Shown here piece by piece: positions 17,501 to 26,724 of a DNA stretch of 64,000 nt (within the stretch, counting starts at the first letter, position 1; every line of letters begins with the position of its first letter). The stretch covers positions 5,731 to 69,730 of the forward strand of contig JBKQPR010000214.1 of assembly GCA_052144935.1 (NCBI GenBank). Direction: 5' to 3'. The notes below the pieces were generated by a model. It was not told the DNA's origin. It worked only from the letters and a program-made list of their open reading frames with translations, and made no database searches. This stretch comes from Bryobacteraceae bacterium (GTDB lineage: Bacteria > Acidobacteriota > Terriglobia > Bryobacterales > Bryobacteraceae). The translations under genes were made by a program, and so were the position numbers.

Positions 17501-18433
17501 ATGAATTCCGAAAACGTAGAAATCAGTCTGGTGAGTCCGGCGTACAACGAAGTGGAGAACATCGGCCGGTTTACTCGTGCGGTCTGCGACGCGCTGGAGC
17601 CGGAGACGAGCAACTTCGAATTGATTTTTGTCGACGACGGCTCGGATGACGGCACCTGGGAGGAGGTCATTGCGATGCATAGCGCGGATCCGCGCGTGAA
17701 GGGGCTGCGGTTGAGCCGAAACTTCGGCAAGGAGGCTGCCTTGACGGCGGGCCTCGATGCAGCGCGAGGCTCCGCTGTGATCGTTTTGGACTGTGATCTG
17801 CAGCACCCTCCCTCGGTTATCCCGGAGATGATCCACGCCTGGCGTCAGGGACGGGTTTCGGTAGTGGAGGCTGTCAAGCGCAGGCGCCACGGCGAACCGC
17901 GGATGCGCGAAAAGTTCTCCGCGATCTTCAACAAGCTCGCCAAGGCGTTGAGTGGCGTCGATTTCGCGAATGCCTCGGATTTTAAACTCGTGGATCGCCA
18001 GGCCGTCGAAGCACTGAAGTCGATGCGTGAGCGGCGCTGCTTTTTCCGGGGAATGTCGGCGTGGGTGGGCTTCCCAAGACTGCAACTGGAATTCGACGTC
18101 GACAGCCGCGCCGCCGATTCATCGAAGCGGACCACGGGCAGGCTTCTATGGCTGGCCTGGCAGGCGATCGCTTCCTACTCCTCCGTGCCTTTGCGAATCA
18201 TTCACCTGGTGGGCGCCGGCTTTATGGTCCTGGCGGTGCTGCTGTTCATCCGGGCGATGCAGTTGAAGCTCATGGGAACCGCGGTCAGCGGCTTCACCAC
18301 CGTAATCATTCTGCTGCTGATCGTTGGCGGGCTCGTATTGCTCTGCCTGGCAATCATCGCGGAGTACGTAATGGCGATTTACGATGAAGTGAAAGAGAGG
18401 CCTCGCTACATCCTCCGCGACACCATCCGCTGA
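17501..18433 (+). CDS. GT2 polyprenyl-phosphate glycosyltransferase (ArnC/GtrB-like)
   Basis: ISLVSPAYNEVENI...LIFVDDGSDDGT...SRNFGKEAALTAGL...VLDCDLQHPP, plus two C-terminal TM helices. Confidence 0.85.
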   Translation: MNSENVEISLVSPAYNEVENIGRFTRAVCDALEPETSNFELIFVDDGSDDGTWEEVIAMHSADPRVKGLRLSRNFGKEAALTAGLDAARGSAVIVLDCDLQHPPSVIPEMIHAWRQGRVSVVEAVKRRRHGEPRMREKFSAIFNKLAKALSGVDFANASDFKLVDRQAVEALKSMRERRCFFRGMSAWVGFPRLQLEFDVDSRAADSSKRTTGRLLWLAWQAIASYSSVPLRIIHLVGAGFMVLAVLLFIRAMQLKLMGTAVSGFTTVIILLLIVGGLVLLCLAIIAEYVMAIYDEVKERPRYILRDTIR

Positions 18434-18675
18434 CTGCCACCACCGCGCCCCTTGCCAGCCATTCTCACTGCCGCACCCTGTACGCCGCACCAGTGGACGC
18501 GAACCCGCAGGGCGCCCCGACCGGGATCGCCATGGCCGCCAGCGCTCGGGCTACGCGGGAGCGTGGGTTGCGCATTCATGCGAAGGCTTCTCCGATGTCG
18601 GCAGAAGGACAGTCAGCCAGGGAGAAACTGGGCCACCGGCGGGCGATGGGAAGCCTCTTCGTCCGAGACCGGCGT

Positions 18676-19827
18676 TTACGGCCGGGAGGAACAGACCGCT
18701 TGTGGTGTTTCCCCCGATCGGTCCGCCGCCTGCAATCGCCCCTGCTCCAGAACGGCCTCGCACACGGTTTCCATCTGCAAACGTTCCATCTCGGGGTATA
18801 GGGGAAGCGAGAGCACCTCCCGCGCCGCCGTCTCGGCAACCGGGAAGGCGCCTTCCCCATAACGGGGATCGTGGTACGCCTGTTGCAAGTGTACCGGGAT
18901 CGGATAATGAATGCCGGTCTGCACGCCCGCGGCAGTTAGATTCCGTGCCACCGAATCGCGGTGGGCCACGCGAATCGCGTAAACGTGGTACACGTGCCTG
19001 GCATACGGCATCTGCCGCGGCGTCGTGAAGCAGTCCTTAAGCCGTTCCGAATAGAATGCCGCAATCGCGCGCCGCGCTTCCGTCCAGCGCTCCAGGTGAC
19101 GCAGTTTCACCCGCAGAATGGCGCCCTGCATGCCTTCCATCCGGTAATTGAACCCGCGCAGATCGTGGTAATAACGGCGGGATTGGCCCCAATCGCGCAG
19201 CATGCGGATGGTTTTGGCGAATTCCGGGTTACCGGTCACCACGGCGCCGCCCTCGCCACATGCGCCCAGGTTCTTGCCCGGATAGTAACTGAAACACGCC
19301 ATGTCTGCCAGGGAGCCCGCGCGCCGTCCTTTGTATTCCGCTCCGTGAGCCTGGGCGGCATCTTCGATCACCAGCAGACCGTGCCGGCGGGCAATTTCGA
19401 GAATCCGGTCCATGTCGGCCGGCTGTCCGTACAAGTGGACGGGTATGATCGCCCTGGTCCGCGGAGTGATGGCAGCCTCCAGCAGGCCCGGATCCAGCGT
19501 GTACGAAACCGGGTCGATATCCACGAACACCGGGGTGGCGCCGGCATAATGGATCGCGGCGACCGTGGCCACGAAGGTGAACGGCGTGGTGATGACCTCA
19601 TGGCCTGGCCCGATGCCCGCGGCCAACAACGCCAGATGCAGAGCGCTGGTCCCCGAGTTCACTCCGATCGCCTGGCCCCCGCCCGAATAGGAGGCAAACT
19701 CCTCTTCGAAGGCCGCCACTTCCTTGCCCAAAACGAACTGGCTGCTTTCCAGAACGCCCGCGATGGCGGCATCGATTTCCGCCTTGATGCTGTGATACTG
19801 CGCCTTCAAGTCCAGATAGGGGATCAC
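18676..19827 (-). CDS. DegT/DnrJ/EryC1/StrS-family sugar aminotransferase (WbpE-like)
   Basis: MIPYLDLKAQY...FVLGKEVAAFEEEFA...NSGTSALHLAL...TFVATV... is a typical PLP sugar aminotransferase. Confidence 0.9.
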   Translation of the reverse strand: MIPYLDLKAQYHSIKAEIDAAIAGVLESSQFVLGKEVAAFEEEFASYSGGGQAIGVNSGTSALHLALLAAGIGPGHEVITTPFTFVATVAAIHYAGATPVFVDIDPVSYTLDPGLLEAAITPRTRAIIPVHLYGQPADMDRILEIARRHGLLVIEDAAQAHGAEYKGRRAGSLADMACFSYYPGKNLGACGEGGAVVTGNPEFAKTIRMLRDWGQSRRYYHDLRGFNYRMEGMQGAILRVKLRHLERWTEARRAIAAFYSERLKDCFTTPRQMPYARHVYHVYAIRVAHRDSVARNLTAAGVQTGIHYPIPVHLQQAYHDPRYGEGAFPVAETAAREVLSLPLYPEMERLQMETVCEAVLEQGRLQAADRSGETPQAVCSSRP

Positions 19828-20849
19828 AATGCCACTTCCTTTGCAAATTCCACAACCTGCCCGCGAACCGCCATCGAGTGGGTAGCCGCTTCCAGAATGC
19901 GCACAACCTGCAAACCGGCTTCGCCATCGGTCAACGGCCGGCGGCCGGCCTGGATGGCGTCCACAAACTCCTGTACTTCGACTTTCAGAGCCTCGGTATT
20001 ATCGATCCGCGGAGCCCACATATCGCCCGCCCGATAACTCACCAGCAATTGGTGCACGTTCTCGGGGGTATTCGACATATGGACGCCCTTGTCATACACT
20101 TTGACCTTCTCGCTGCTTTCCACATCGTCGTAGATCACCATGCGCCGGCTTCCGCCGATCAGCGTACGGCGAACCTTCACCGGAGCCAGCCAGTTGACGT
20201 GAATATGGGCAATCAGGTTATCCCGGAAGAACAGCGTGAGATAGGCGATATCTTCGCTATTGGACGTGAAATGGCTCATCCCGGTGGCCGAGATCGCCAG
20301 CGGATCGCCCGGCAGCACGTATTGCAGAATCGACAGATCGTGTACCGCCAGGTCCCAGAGGACATTCACGTCGTGCTGGAAAAGACCTAAGTTGATGCGC
20401 ACGGAGTCGTAATAATAGGGTTGACCGAGCTCGCCATTCGCCACCAGCTCGCGGATCTTGCGAACCGCGCTGGTATAAACGAAGGTGTGATCCACCATGA
20501 GTACGAGCTTCCTGCGGGCCGCCTCGTCGATCAATTGCGCGGCCTGCTCCGAGGAGGAAGCCAGCGGTTTTTCCACTAGCACGTGCTTGCCCGCTCTCAG
20601 CGTTTCCATCGCCAAATCGAAATGGCTGGAAACCGGCGTTGCCACCACGATGGCGTCGATCTTCGGATTGCCGATCACCTGCCGGGCGTCGGTGGCGGTC
20701 TGGATATGGGGATACCGGGCCTCGACGCGCCTCAGCCGGCTGACCGCCATGTCTGCCACCCCGAGTACCTGGGTGTGGTCCGATTCCACGAAGTTGCGGA
20801 CCAGGTTGGGTCCCCAATAGCCATACCCGATGACGCCGATATTGAGCAT
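19824..20849 (-). CDS. Gfo/Idh/MocA-family sugar-nucleotide dehydrogenase (WbpB-like)
   Basis: The internal ATG at 20849 gives MLNIGVIGYGYWGPNLVRNF (Rossmann). The stop overlaps the aminotransferase start. Confidence 0.85.
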   Translation of the reverse strand: MLNIGVIGYGYWGPNLVRNFVESDHTQVLGVADMAVSRLRRVEARYPHIQTATDARQVIGNPKIDAIVVATPVSSHFDLAMETLRAGKHVLVEKPLASSSEQAAQLIDEAARRKLVLMVDHTFVYTSAVRKIRELVANGELGQPYYYDSVRINLGLFQHDVNVLWDLAVHDLSILQYVLPGDPLAISATGMSHFTSNSEDIAYLTLFFRDNLIAHIHVNWLAPVKVRRTLIGGSRRMVIYDDVESSEKVKVYDKGVHMSNTPENVHQLLVSYRAGDMWAPRIDNTEALKVEVQEFVDAIQAGRRPLTDGEAGLQVVRILEAATHSMAVRGQVVEFAKEVAL

Positions 20850-21266
20850 GATTTTGACTCTGGGAGCTCTTAGAGCAGAAACAGAAGTTCCATGCAGTCT
20901 ATACGTTATCCTATCACAGACACAGGGTGGAAAGGCCCTTCCAACTTGTTTCAACCAGGGACCGAGTCCCCAAAACCGGCATGCCGCCCAGCCTCCGAAA
21001 CGGTGCGGGGAACCATCCCGTTAGCGAGCGGTTCCGGAATCGCACCGAATCTCGCCGTTGGAGACCTGTTCTCATCGGCGGATCGGTCGCAGCCAAAAGT
21101 CGGCTGAAGGACGACCGTTAAATAGGAGACGCGTCCGTTTTCCGCGGGGTCCAGGCAAGTCTGACCGATTTCAGGCTAGAATCAGGACATTCTGTCTCTT
21201 AAACGCTCTACCACCGCCCCCGCTCTTCTACGCCGGTTCGGTTTCTTCAGCGCCACCGCCCTGGTT

Positions 21267-22577
21267 GTGTCCAACATGATCGGCACCGGCATCTTCGCCA
21301 CTACCGGCTTCATGGCGGGCGACCTGGGAAGCGCCACCGCCATCCTGGCCGCCTGGACCGTGGGCGCCGCCTTCGCCCTCGCCGGCGCGCTGGTGTACTC
21401 CGAGTTGGGCGTCAACTTCCCTCGCTCCGGCGGCGAATACGTGTACCTTACCGCCGCCTATGGCCCCACCTGGGGCTTCATGACCGGCTGGGTCTCCTTC
21501 TTCGCCGGCTTCTCGGCCCCCATCGCCGCAGCCGCGCTGGCCTTCTCCGACTACCTGGGCCATTTTTACCCCGTGCTCAAACAGAGCAGCGCCACCGTGG
21601 TCGGCTCCGGGTGGCTTTCGCTCCGGCTCGGTTACGGACAGCTCACCGCCTCCGCGCTGATCGCCGCCTTCACCATCCTGAATTGCTTCGGTGTGGCTCG
21701 CGTCGCCAAAGTGCAGGTGGTCCTCAGCGCCGTTAAGTTAATCGTGATCGCCGCCTTCATCGTTTTTGGATTCGCGCTCGGCGCCGGAAACTGGAGCCAT
21801 TTCGCGCAACCCGCCGTCCGTACCTCCACCTCCAGCTTCCCTGTCCAGTTCGTGGTCAGCCTGCTCTGGGTAATGGTCGGATATAGCGGCTGGAACGCGG
21901 CCACCTATGTCGCCGAAGAGATTGAAGCCCCCGAGCGCACACTCCCCCGCGCCATCGCCGCCGGAGCCTGCATTGTGGCGGTCCTCTACCTGGGGCTCAA
22001 CCTGGTCTTCATCTACTCCACCCCGTTGGAACAGATGAAGGGCGTGCTGGCCATTGGCGCGCTGTCCGCGTCCCGCCTTTTCGGCCCTGGAATCGCGGGC
22101 CTGTTCTCGGCCCTCATGGCCGCCGCCATCATATCCACGGTGAGTGCCATGGTCACCATCGGCCCCCGCGTTTACTATGCCATGGCGAAGAACCGCGCCT
22201 TTTTCCCGGCCGCGGCCGCCATTCATCCGCGCTGGCACACGCCGGTCGCCGCGATCCTCAGCCAGGGCGTTTGCGCCATCCTGATGACCCTCACCCCGTT
22301 TCCCGATCTGATGGTCTACATCGGCATGAGCCTGACGTTCTTCACCGTCCTGGCCGTGGCGTCCGTGTTCCTCTTCCGCAGGGCCCAGAGGGCGCCCCGG
22401 CCGGATTGGCGCAAGCTGCGGGCCGTCAGCTTCGCTTACCCGCTGGTGCCGCTGGCCTACGTCCTGGTAGGAACCGCCATGATGGTCTACGGCTTCATTG
22501 GCCAGCCCAAAGCCTCGATCGGCGCCTTCGCCACGGTAGCCGCCGGAGCGCTAGTCTACCATCTGGCCGTCCGCTGA
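21267..22577 (+). CDS. APC-superfamily amino acid permease
   Basis: Polytopic protein with SNMIGTGIFATTGF and GGEYVYL motifs. Family-like sequence (LKRSTTAPALLRRFGFFSATALVV) continues upstream in frame to a TAG at 21177-21179 with no ATG/GTG/TTG. The listed start (GTG 21267) is probably not the ancestral one. Confidence 0.75.
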   Translation: MSNMIGTGIFATTGFMAGDLGSATAILAAWTVGAAFALAGALVYSELGVNFPRSGGEYVYLTAAYGPTWGFMTGWVSFFAGFSAPIAAAALAFSDYLGHFYPVLKQSSATVVGSGWLSLRLGYGQLTASALIAAFTILNCFGVARVAKVQVVLSAVKLIVIAAFIVFGFALGAGNWSHFAQPAVRTSTSSFPVQFVVSLLWVMVGYSGWNAATYVAEEIEAPERTLPRAIAAGACIVAVLYLGLNLVFIYSTPLEQMKGVLAIGALSASRLFGPGIAGLFSALMAAAIISTVSAMVTIGPRVYYAMAKNRAFFPAAAAIHPRWHTPVAAILSQGVCAILMTLTPFPDLMVYIGMSLTFFTVLAVASVFLFRRAQRAPRPDWRKLRAVSFAYPLVPLAYVLVGTAMMVYGFIGQPKASIGAFATVAAGALVYHLAVR

Positions 22578-22822
22578 GCTGCAAGATGGCCGCGCAAGAC
22601 CGCGCAAGAGCTTTGGAAAAAGAGGCGACATCGCCAGCCGTCCCTGCCCGCGAGAATGCGGCGCCCAGAAAGCCACTCAATCATACGGGTGAAGGAAAGC
22701 CCGCGCCGCCGCTCGAAGGTCCGCCTGCCCCACGCGGTGGTGCGGCCCTCGGCTTGCGTGGCAGTGGAGCGCAATGGAGCCGGAAAGTGGCCGCCTTCGA
22801 ACAGGGCCGCCGGGAATCTCTG

Positions 22823-22884
22823 CCACCAGCGAATGCCGGATGAGTGCCTGACCCCCGCGGTTTCCTGGATGGCGAGGGCGTCTG
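22823..22884 (+). repeat. Direct repeat copy A (duplicate of the gmhB-like 5' end)
   Basis: CCACCAGCGAATGCCGGATGAGTGCCTGACCCCCGCGGTTTCCTGGATGGCGAGGGCGTCTG aligns with 23598-23660 at about 57 of 64 positions (hand alignment). Confidence 0.75.
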
Positions 22885-22955
22885 TTTCACGTGAAACAAG
22901 GGCGTTCTCCCAGCCCGCCGTTGCGATGGCCAGAATACGTGGCTATTATTAGGAC

Positions 22956-23186
22956 ATGGATGTGAGCATTGCCGAAGCCAAAAACCGTCTCCCCGAACTG
23001 ATCCGCGCCGTGGAGGGCGGGGATAAGGTGGTTATCACCCGCCACGGAAAACCGGTTGCGCAAATCACGCCGCCGCCTCCCGAACGCCGCCACGCCAGGT
23101 TCGGCACCATGAAGGACCGCATCAAGCTCCTGCCCGGCTGGGACGACCCTATCGATGAGGACCGCTTTTTAGCAGGCGATCTGTGA
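22956..23186 (+). CDS. Phd/YefM-type antitoxin
   Basis: MDVSIAEAKNRLPELIRAVEGGDKVVITRHGKPVAQI. It overlaps the PIN toxin start by 4 nt. Confidence 0.8.
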   Translation: MDVSIAEAKNRLPELIRAVEGGDKVVITRHGKPVAQITPPPPERRHARFGTMKDRIKLLPGWDDPIDEDRFLAGDL

Positions 23187-23572
23187 TTGGGTATCTCCTC
23201 GATACCAATGTTGCTCTGATCGCTCTGACCGAGCCCGACGCGCTCCCGGCTGCGGTACTCGCCGCGGCGGCTGGCGGGACCAATTTCCTGAGCGTGGTTT
23301 CCTATTGGGAAGTGCTGATCAAAAGCATGAAAGGGAAGCTGGAAGTCGGCGATCCGCGCCTCTGGTGGCATGACGCCCTGGAAGAACTGGCCGCTACTCC
23401 GCTGGCGGTGCGATCGGAGCACGTCGCCGCGGTTTTTAGCCTGCCACCCATCCACAAGGATCCTTTCGACCGCCTGCTGATCGCGCAGGCGATCGCCGAA
23501 GATCTGGAGTTCGTGACGACCGACGGCGAGATTCCGCGCTACGCCTCGGAGCGCTTCCGGGTGATCTCATGA
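23183..23572 (+). CDS. vapC: PIN-domain toxin VapC
   Basis: GTG start; IGYLLDTNVALIAL...SYWEVLIK...DPFDRLLIAQAIAEDLEFVTTDGEI. Confidence 0.85.
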   Translation: MIGYLLDTNVALIALTEPDALPAAVLAAAAGGTNFLSVVSYWEVLIKSMKGKLEVGDPRLWWHDALEELAATPLAVRSEHVAAVFSLPPIHKDPFDRLLIAQAIAEDLEFVTTDGEIPRYASERFRVIS

Positions 23573-23597
23573 CCGGCTGGACACCTTCTTCGCCGGC

Positions 23598-23660
23598 CCA
23601 CCATCGCAATGCCGGATGAATGCCTGACCCCCGCCGGGTTCCTGGATGCCGAGGGCCTCT
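23598..23660 (+). repeat. Direct repeat copy B (functional 5' end of the gmhB-like gene)
   Basis: CCACCATCGCAATGCCGGATGAATGCCTGACCCCCGCCGGGTTCCTGGATGCCGAGGGCCTCTG. See copy A. Confidence 0.75.
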
Positions 23661-24259
23661 GGCGCCTTGCCTGCGGCGACCTCTCCTGGGCCCGCGGCCG
23701 TCCGGCGCTTTTTCTCGACCGCGATGGTGTGGTGGTCGAAGAGGTCGATTATCTGCATCGCGCGGAAGACGTGGCTCTGATCGCCGGCGCGGCCGAATTG
23801 ATCGCCGAAGCCAACCGCCGCGGCATCCCCGTGGTGATCGCCAGCAATCAGGCAGGCATCGCCCGCGGCTACTTCGGCTGGCCTGAGTTCCAGCAGGTGC
23901 AGGCCGAGCTGAACCGCCGCCTGGGGCGCGCCGGCGCCCGCGTGGATCTCACGCTGGCCTGCCCGCACTATCCCGAACATCCCGATCGCAAACCCCGCCC
24001 CGGCATGTTTCGGAAAGCCGCCGAAATGGCCGCTCTCGATCTGGGCCGTTCCTGGGTGATCGGCGACAAGACCAGCGACCTGGAAGCGGCCCGGGCCGCG
24101 GGACTTTCGGGTGGGGTCCTGGTATTGACGGGGCACGGCGCTCACCACCAGGCGGGGGCGCTCGGACTCGAAACGCCCGCCTTCCGCGTGACCATCGGGA
24201 ATTCCATTGCCGGGACGCTTTGGCTGCTCGACGAATTGGCGGCAGGCCGGCAATGGTGA
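23609..24259 (+). CDS. gmhB: HAD-IIIA phosphatase, D,D-heptose 1,7-bisphosphate phosphatase-like
   Basis: FLDRDGVVVEE (DxDGT/V motif I), VIASNQAGIARG, GDKTSDLEAARAAG. A gmhA gene lies nearby. Confidence 0.75.
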   Translation: MPDECLTPAGFLDAEGLWRLACGDLSWARGRPALFLDRDGVVVEEVDYLHRAEDVALIAGAAELIAEANRRGIPVVIASNQAGIARGYFGWPEFQQVQAELNRRLGRAGARVDLTLACPHYPEHPDRKPRPGMFRKAAEMAALDLGRSWVIGDKTSDLEAARAAGLSGGVLVLTGHGAHHQAGALGLETPAFRVTIGNSIAGTLWLLDELAAGRQW

Positions 24260-24272
24260 ACGGCGGCGGCGT

Positions 24273-25631
24273 ATGAATGGGCCGGATGGGAGCGTGGCCG
24301 CACAGGCCGACGTTCCCGGCGTTCTTCTGGTGGCCCGCGAACTAGACCTGGGAGGCAGCGAGCGGCAATTGGCGGTAACCGCTCTGGGGCTTGATCGCGC
24401 CCTCTTCCAGCCCCACGCAGCCTGCTTTCGCGCCGGAGGATTCCGCGCCCGCGAACTCAAGCGCGCCGGCGTGCCGGTGCTCGAACTGGGCGTGCGCTCG
24501 CTGGTTTCGCTCTCCGCCTTGGATGGGGCGCGGCGTCTCGGCCGCTACTTGCGGCGCCATCGAATTCAGGTGGTCCACGCCTTCGATGTCCCCTCCGTGC
24601 TGTTCGCTGTGCCGGTAGCCCGCTGGTACCGCGTCCCCGTGGTGCTGTCCAGCCAGCGCGCGCACCGCGCCCTCACGCCCGGCCTCACGCGCCATCTTCT
24701 GCGCCTCACGGACCGCCTGGCCGAGGGCATCGTGGTCAATTCCCAAGCCGTGGCCCGCGAGCTGGTTGCCGAGGACGGCGTTCCCCGCTCGCTTCTGCAT
24801 CTCGCCTATAACGGCATCGATACCGACCGCTTTCGCCCCGCAGGACCTAGGGAGCAATCCGAAGAGCACCCCAGAGGGCAGCCCGAAGGGAACTCCGGTG
24901 CCCTCGGCGACCGGCTCCTCCCCGGCCCGATGCCCTCAGGGGCCGGGGAACAGCCCGAAGGGAACTCCGGTATCCTCGGCGACCGGCGCCCCCCCGGCCC
25001 GGTGCCGTCAGGGACCGAGGGACACTCCAGGGCCGCGCTCCCCTGGTCCGAGCCGCGCCTGGTGATCGGAGTGGCCTGCGCCCTGCGCCCGGAAAAGGGA
25101 CTGTTCACCCTGCTGGATGCCTTCGCCCGCATGCGCGAGCGCTACCCGCAGGCCCGGCTGCTGATTGTGGGCAGCGGCCCGATGGGGGGCCAACTCGAAG
25201 AGAGAGCCAGACGTCTGGGGATCGGCTCCGTCTGCCACTTCCAGCCCGCCGTCGAGGAAGTCGCGCCGTGGCTGCGCGCCATGGACATTTTCGTGCTGCC
25301 GTCGCTTTCCGAAGCGCTGTCGAATGCTCTGATGGAAGCCATGGCCTGCGGCTGCTGCGCGGTGGCGTCCGAGGTGGGCGGCAATCCCGAGTTGGTAAAA
25401 CACGGCGAAACCGGCTGGCTCTTCCCCGCCGGCGACAGCCTCGCGCTGGCTGCCGCTCTCGAATCGCTGCTGGATAACCAGGCCCTGCGCCACCGTCTTG
25501 CCGAGGCCGGCGCCGGCTTCATCCGCGAGGGGTTTTCCAGCCAGGCCGCCGCCCGCCGCATGGGCCGGATTTACGCCGGCTGCATCGGCGACGCCGGCGG
25601 CTCCGCGAGCGGCTCGGTGTCCATGAAGTAG
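24273..25631 (+). CDS. GT4-family glycosyltransferase with repeat insertion in the interdomain linker
   Basis: The internal ATG at 24273 gives an N-terminus LLVARELDLGGSERQ. The C-terminal part has SEALSNALMEAMACGCCAVASEVGGNPELV (EX7E-type region). Confidence 0.85.
   Translation: MNGPDGSVAAQADVPGVLLVARELDLGGSERQLAVTALGLDRALFQPHAACFRAGGFRARELKRAGVPVLELGVRSLVSLSALDGARRLGRYLRRHRIQVVHAFDVPSVLFAVPVARWYRVPVVLSSQRAHRALTPGLTRHLLRLTDRLAEGIVVNSQAVARELVAEDGVPRSLLHLAYNGIDTDRFRPAGPREQSEEHPRGQPEGNSGALGDRLLPGPMPSGAGEQPEGNSGILGDRRPPGPVPSGTEGHSRAALPWSEPRLVIGVACALRPEKGLFTLLDAFARMRERYPQARLLIVGSGPMGGQLEERARRLGIGSVCHFQPAVEEVAPWLRAMDIFVLPSLSEALSNALMEAMACGCCAVASEVGGNPELVKHGETGWLFPAGDSLALAAALESLLDNQALRHRLAEAGAGFIREGFSSQAAARRMGRIYAGCIGDAGGSASGSVSMK
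24879..25022 (+). repeat. 72-bp in-frame tandem duplication (2 copies)
   Basis: Copy 1 at 24879-24950 encodes QPEGNSGALGDRLLPGPMPSGAGE. Copy 2 at 24951-25022 encodes QPEGNSGILGDRRPPGPVPSGTEG. Confidence 0.85.
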
Positions 25632-26176
25632 TAGGCAATCATGTGCACCGTCACCATATGGCCGTCTTCGATACGGCCCATGTGCGGATTCGAAACCTGA
25701 ATATTGAGCTGCGCCAGGGGGCCCAGCTTGCCGCCATCCCGGCCGGTCAGCGCGATGGTCTGGCAGCCGATCGAATTTCCGTACTCCACCGCGCGCAGCA
25801 CGTTGGGTGAATTACCCGACCCGCTGATCGCCATCACCACGTCGCCCGGCTGCGCGAAGTTCTTCAACTGCTCGGCAAACACGCAGTCGTAACTGACGTC
25901 GTTGGAATACGCCGTCAAGGTGGGCAGCGAATCGGTCAGCGCCATGATGCGGAAGCGGCGCTGGCGGCCGAAGCTGGCGCCCTTCACCATATCGCAAACG
26001 AAATGCGACGCCGTGGAAGCGCTGCCGCCGTTTCCGCAGACAAAAATCTGCCGTCCCTCGGCGCGCGCCCGGCTGAGGATGCCGATGGCCTGCCGCACCT
26101 TCTCCAGGTCGATAGTCTCGAGGGACCGCAGGAGGTCCGCTTTATAAAGTTCCGGGAAGTCCGATCCGCCGCTCAC
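25571..26176 (-). CDS. gmhA: Phosphoheptose isomerase (SIS domain)
   Basis: IFVCGNGGSASTASHFVCDM...AISGSGNSPNVLRAVE...IALTGRDGGKL. The 3' end overlaps the convergent GT4 gene by 61 bp. Confidence 0.85.
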   Translation of the reverse strand: MSGGSDFPELYKADLLRSLETIDLEKVRQAIGILSRARAEGRQIFVCGNGGSASTASHFVCDMVKGASFGRQRRFRIMALTDSLPTLTAYSNDVSYDCVFAEQLKNFAQPGDVVMAISGSGNSPNVLRAVEYGNSIGCQTIALTGRDGGKLGPLAQLNIQVSNPHMGRIEDGHMVTVHMIAYYFMDTEPLAEPPASPMQPA

Positions 26177-26724
26177 AATACTACTATCGCACCTGCGCCG
26201 GGGTGGGAGTCCGCGCGGGAAGCGCGGGAAGCCACCGCTTGCTCACGGGGCGCCCTCGCAAGCGCCGCGTAGTCGAGGCGAGAAATCCGCGAAGTATCAA
26301 CCGGGAACCTGCAAGCGTCATGAAAAGGCGTTCCCGGAAAACCCGCATAAACCAGACTGTTCGTATCCGGAAAGACAGCGCTACCTGGCGTCAGGGCCAT
26401 AAGATGTCTTCGCGGCGGAAAGTCATCGCTGGATCTGCCATCCGGCCCTCCAAAATTGGCAGCGAATCGACCAGCGGCGGCCTCTTCCCGTAGGCTTTTC
26501 CGCGAGGGGCTTCAGTATAGCCGAGTCACCTTTGCGATCCGCTTTGAGGCGCGTGTGCAGGGCTGCATGCACGAGTTCGGCAGGAACCAGAATTTCGCCT
26601 GTCAAAGCTGACGACGAGCGGAAACAGGCCGAACACAGAACCAGCGACTTCGGTAAAACCGAGCCGGGTTGGGACGGGGTTTAGCCCGTTCGATTCCAGT
26701 ATGCAATGGCGCCGGATCGGAGCG

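Noticed and set aside
25571-25631. A 61-bp convergent overlap of the GT4 and gmhA 3' ends, considered as an antisense regulatory arrangement.
   Set aside because: Both C-terminal tails are poorly conserved extensions. An overlap like this is common in high-GC genomes and may simply reflect late stop codons.
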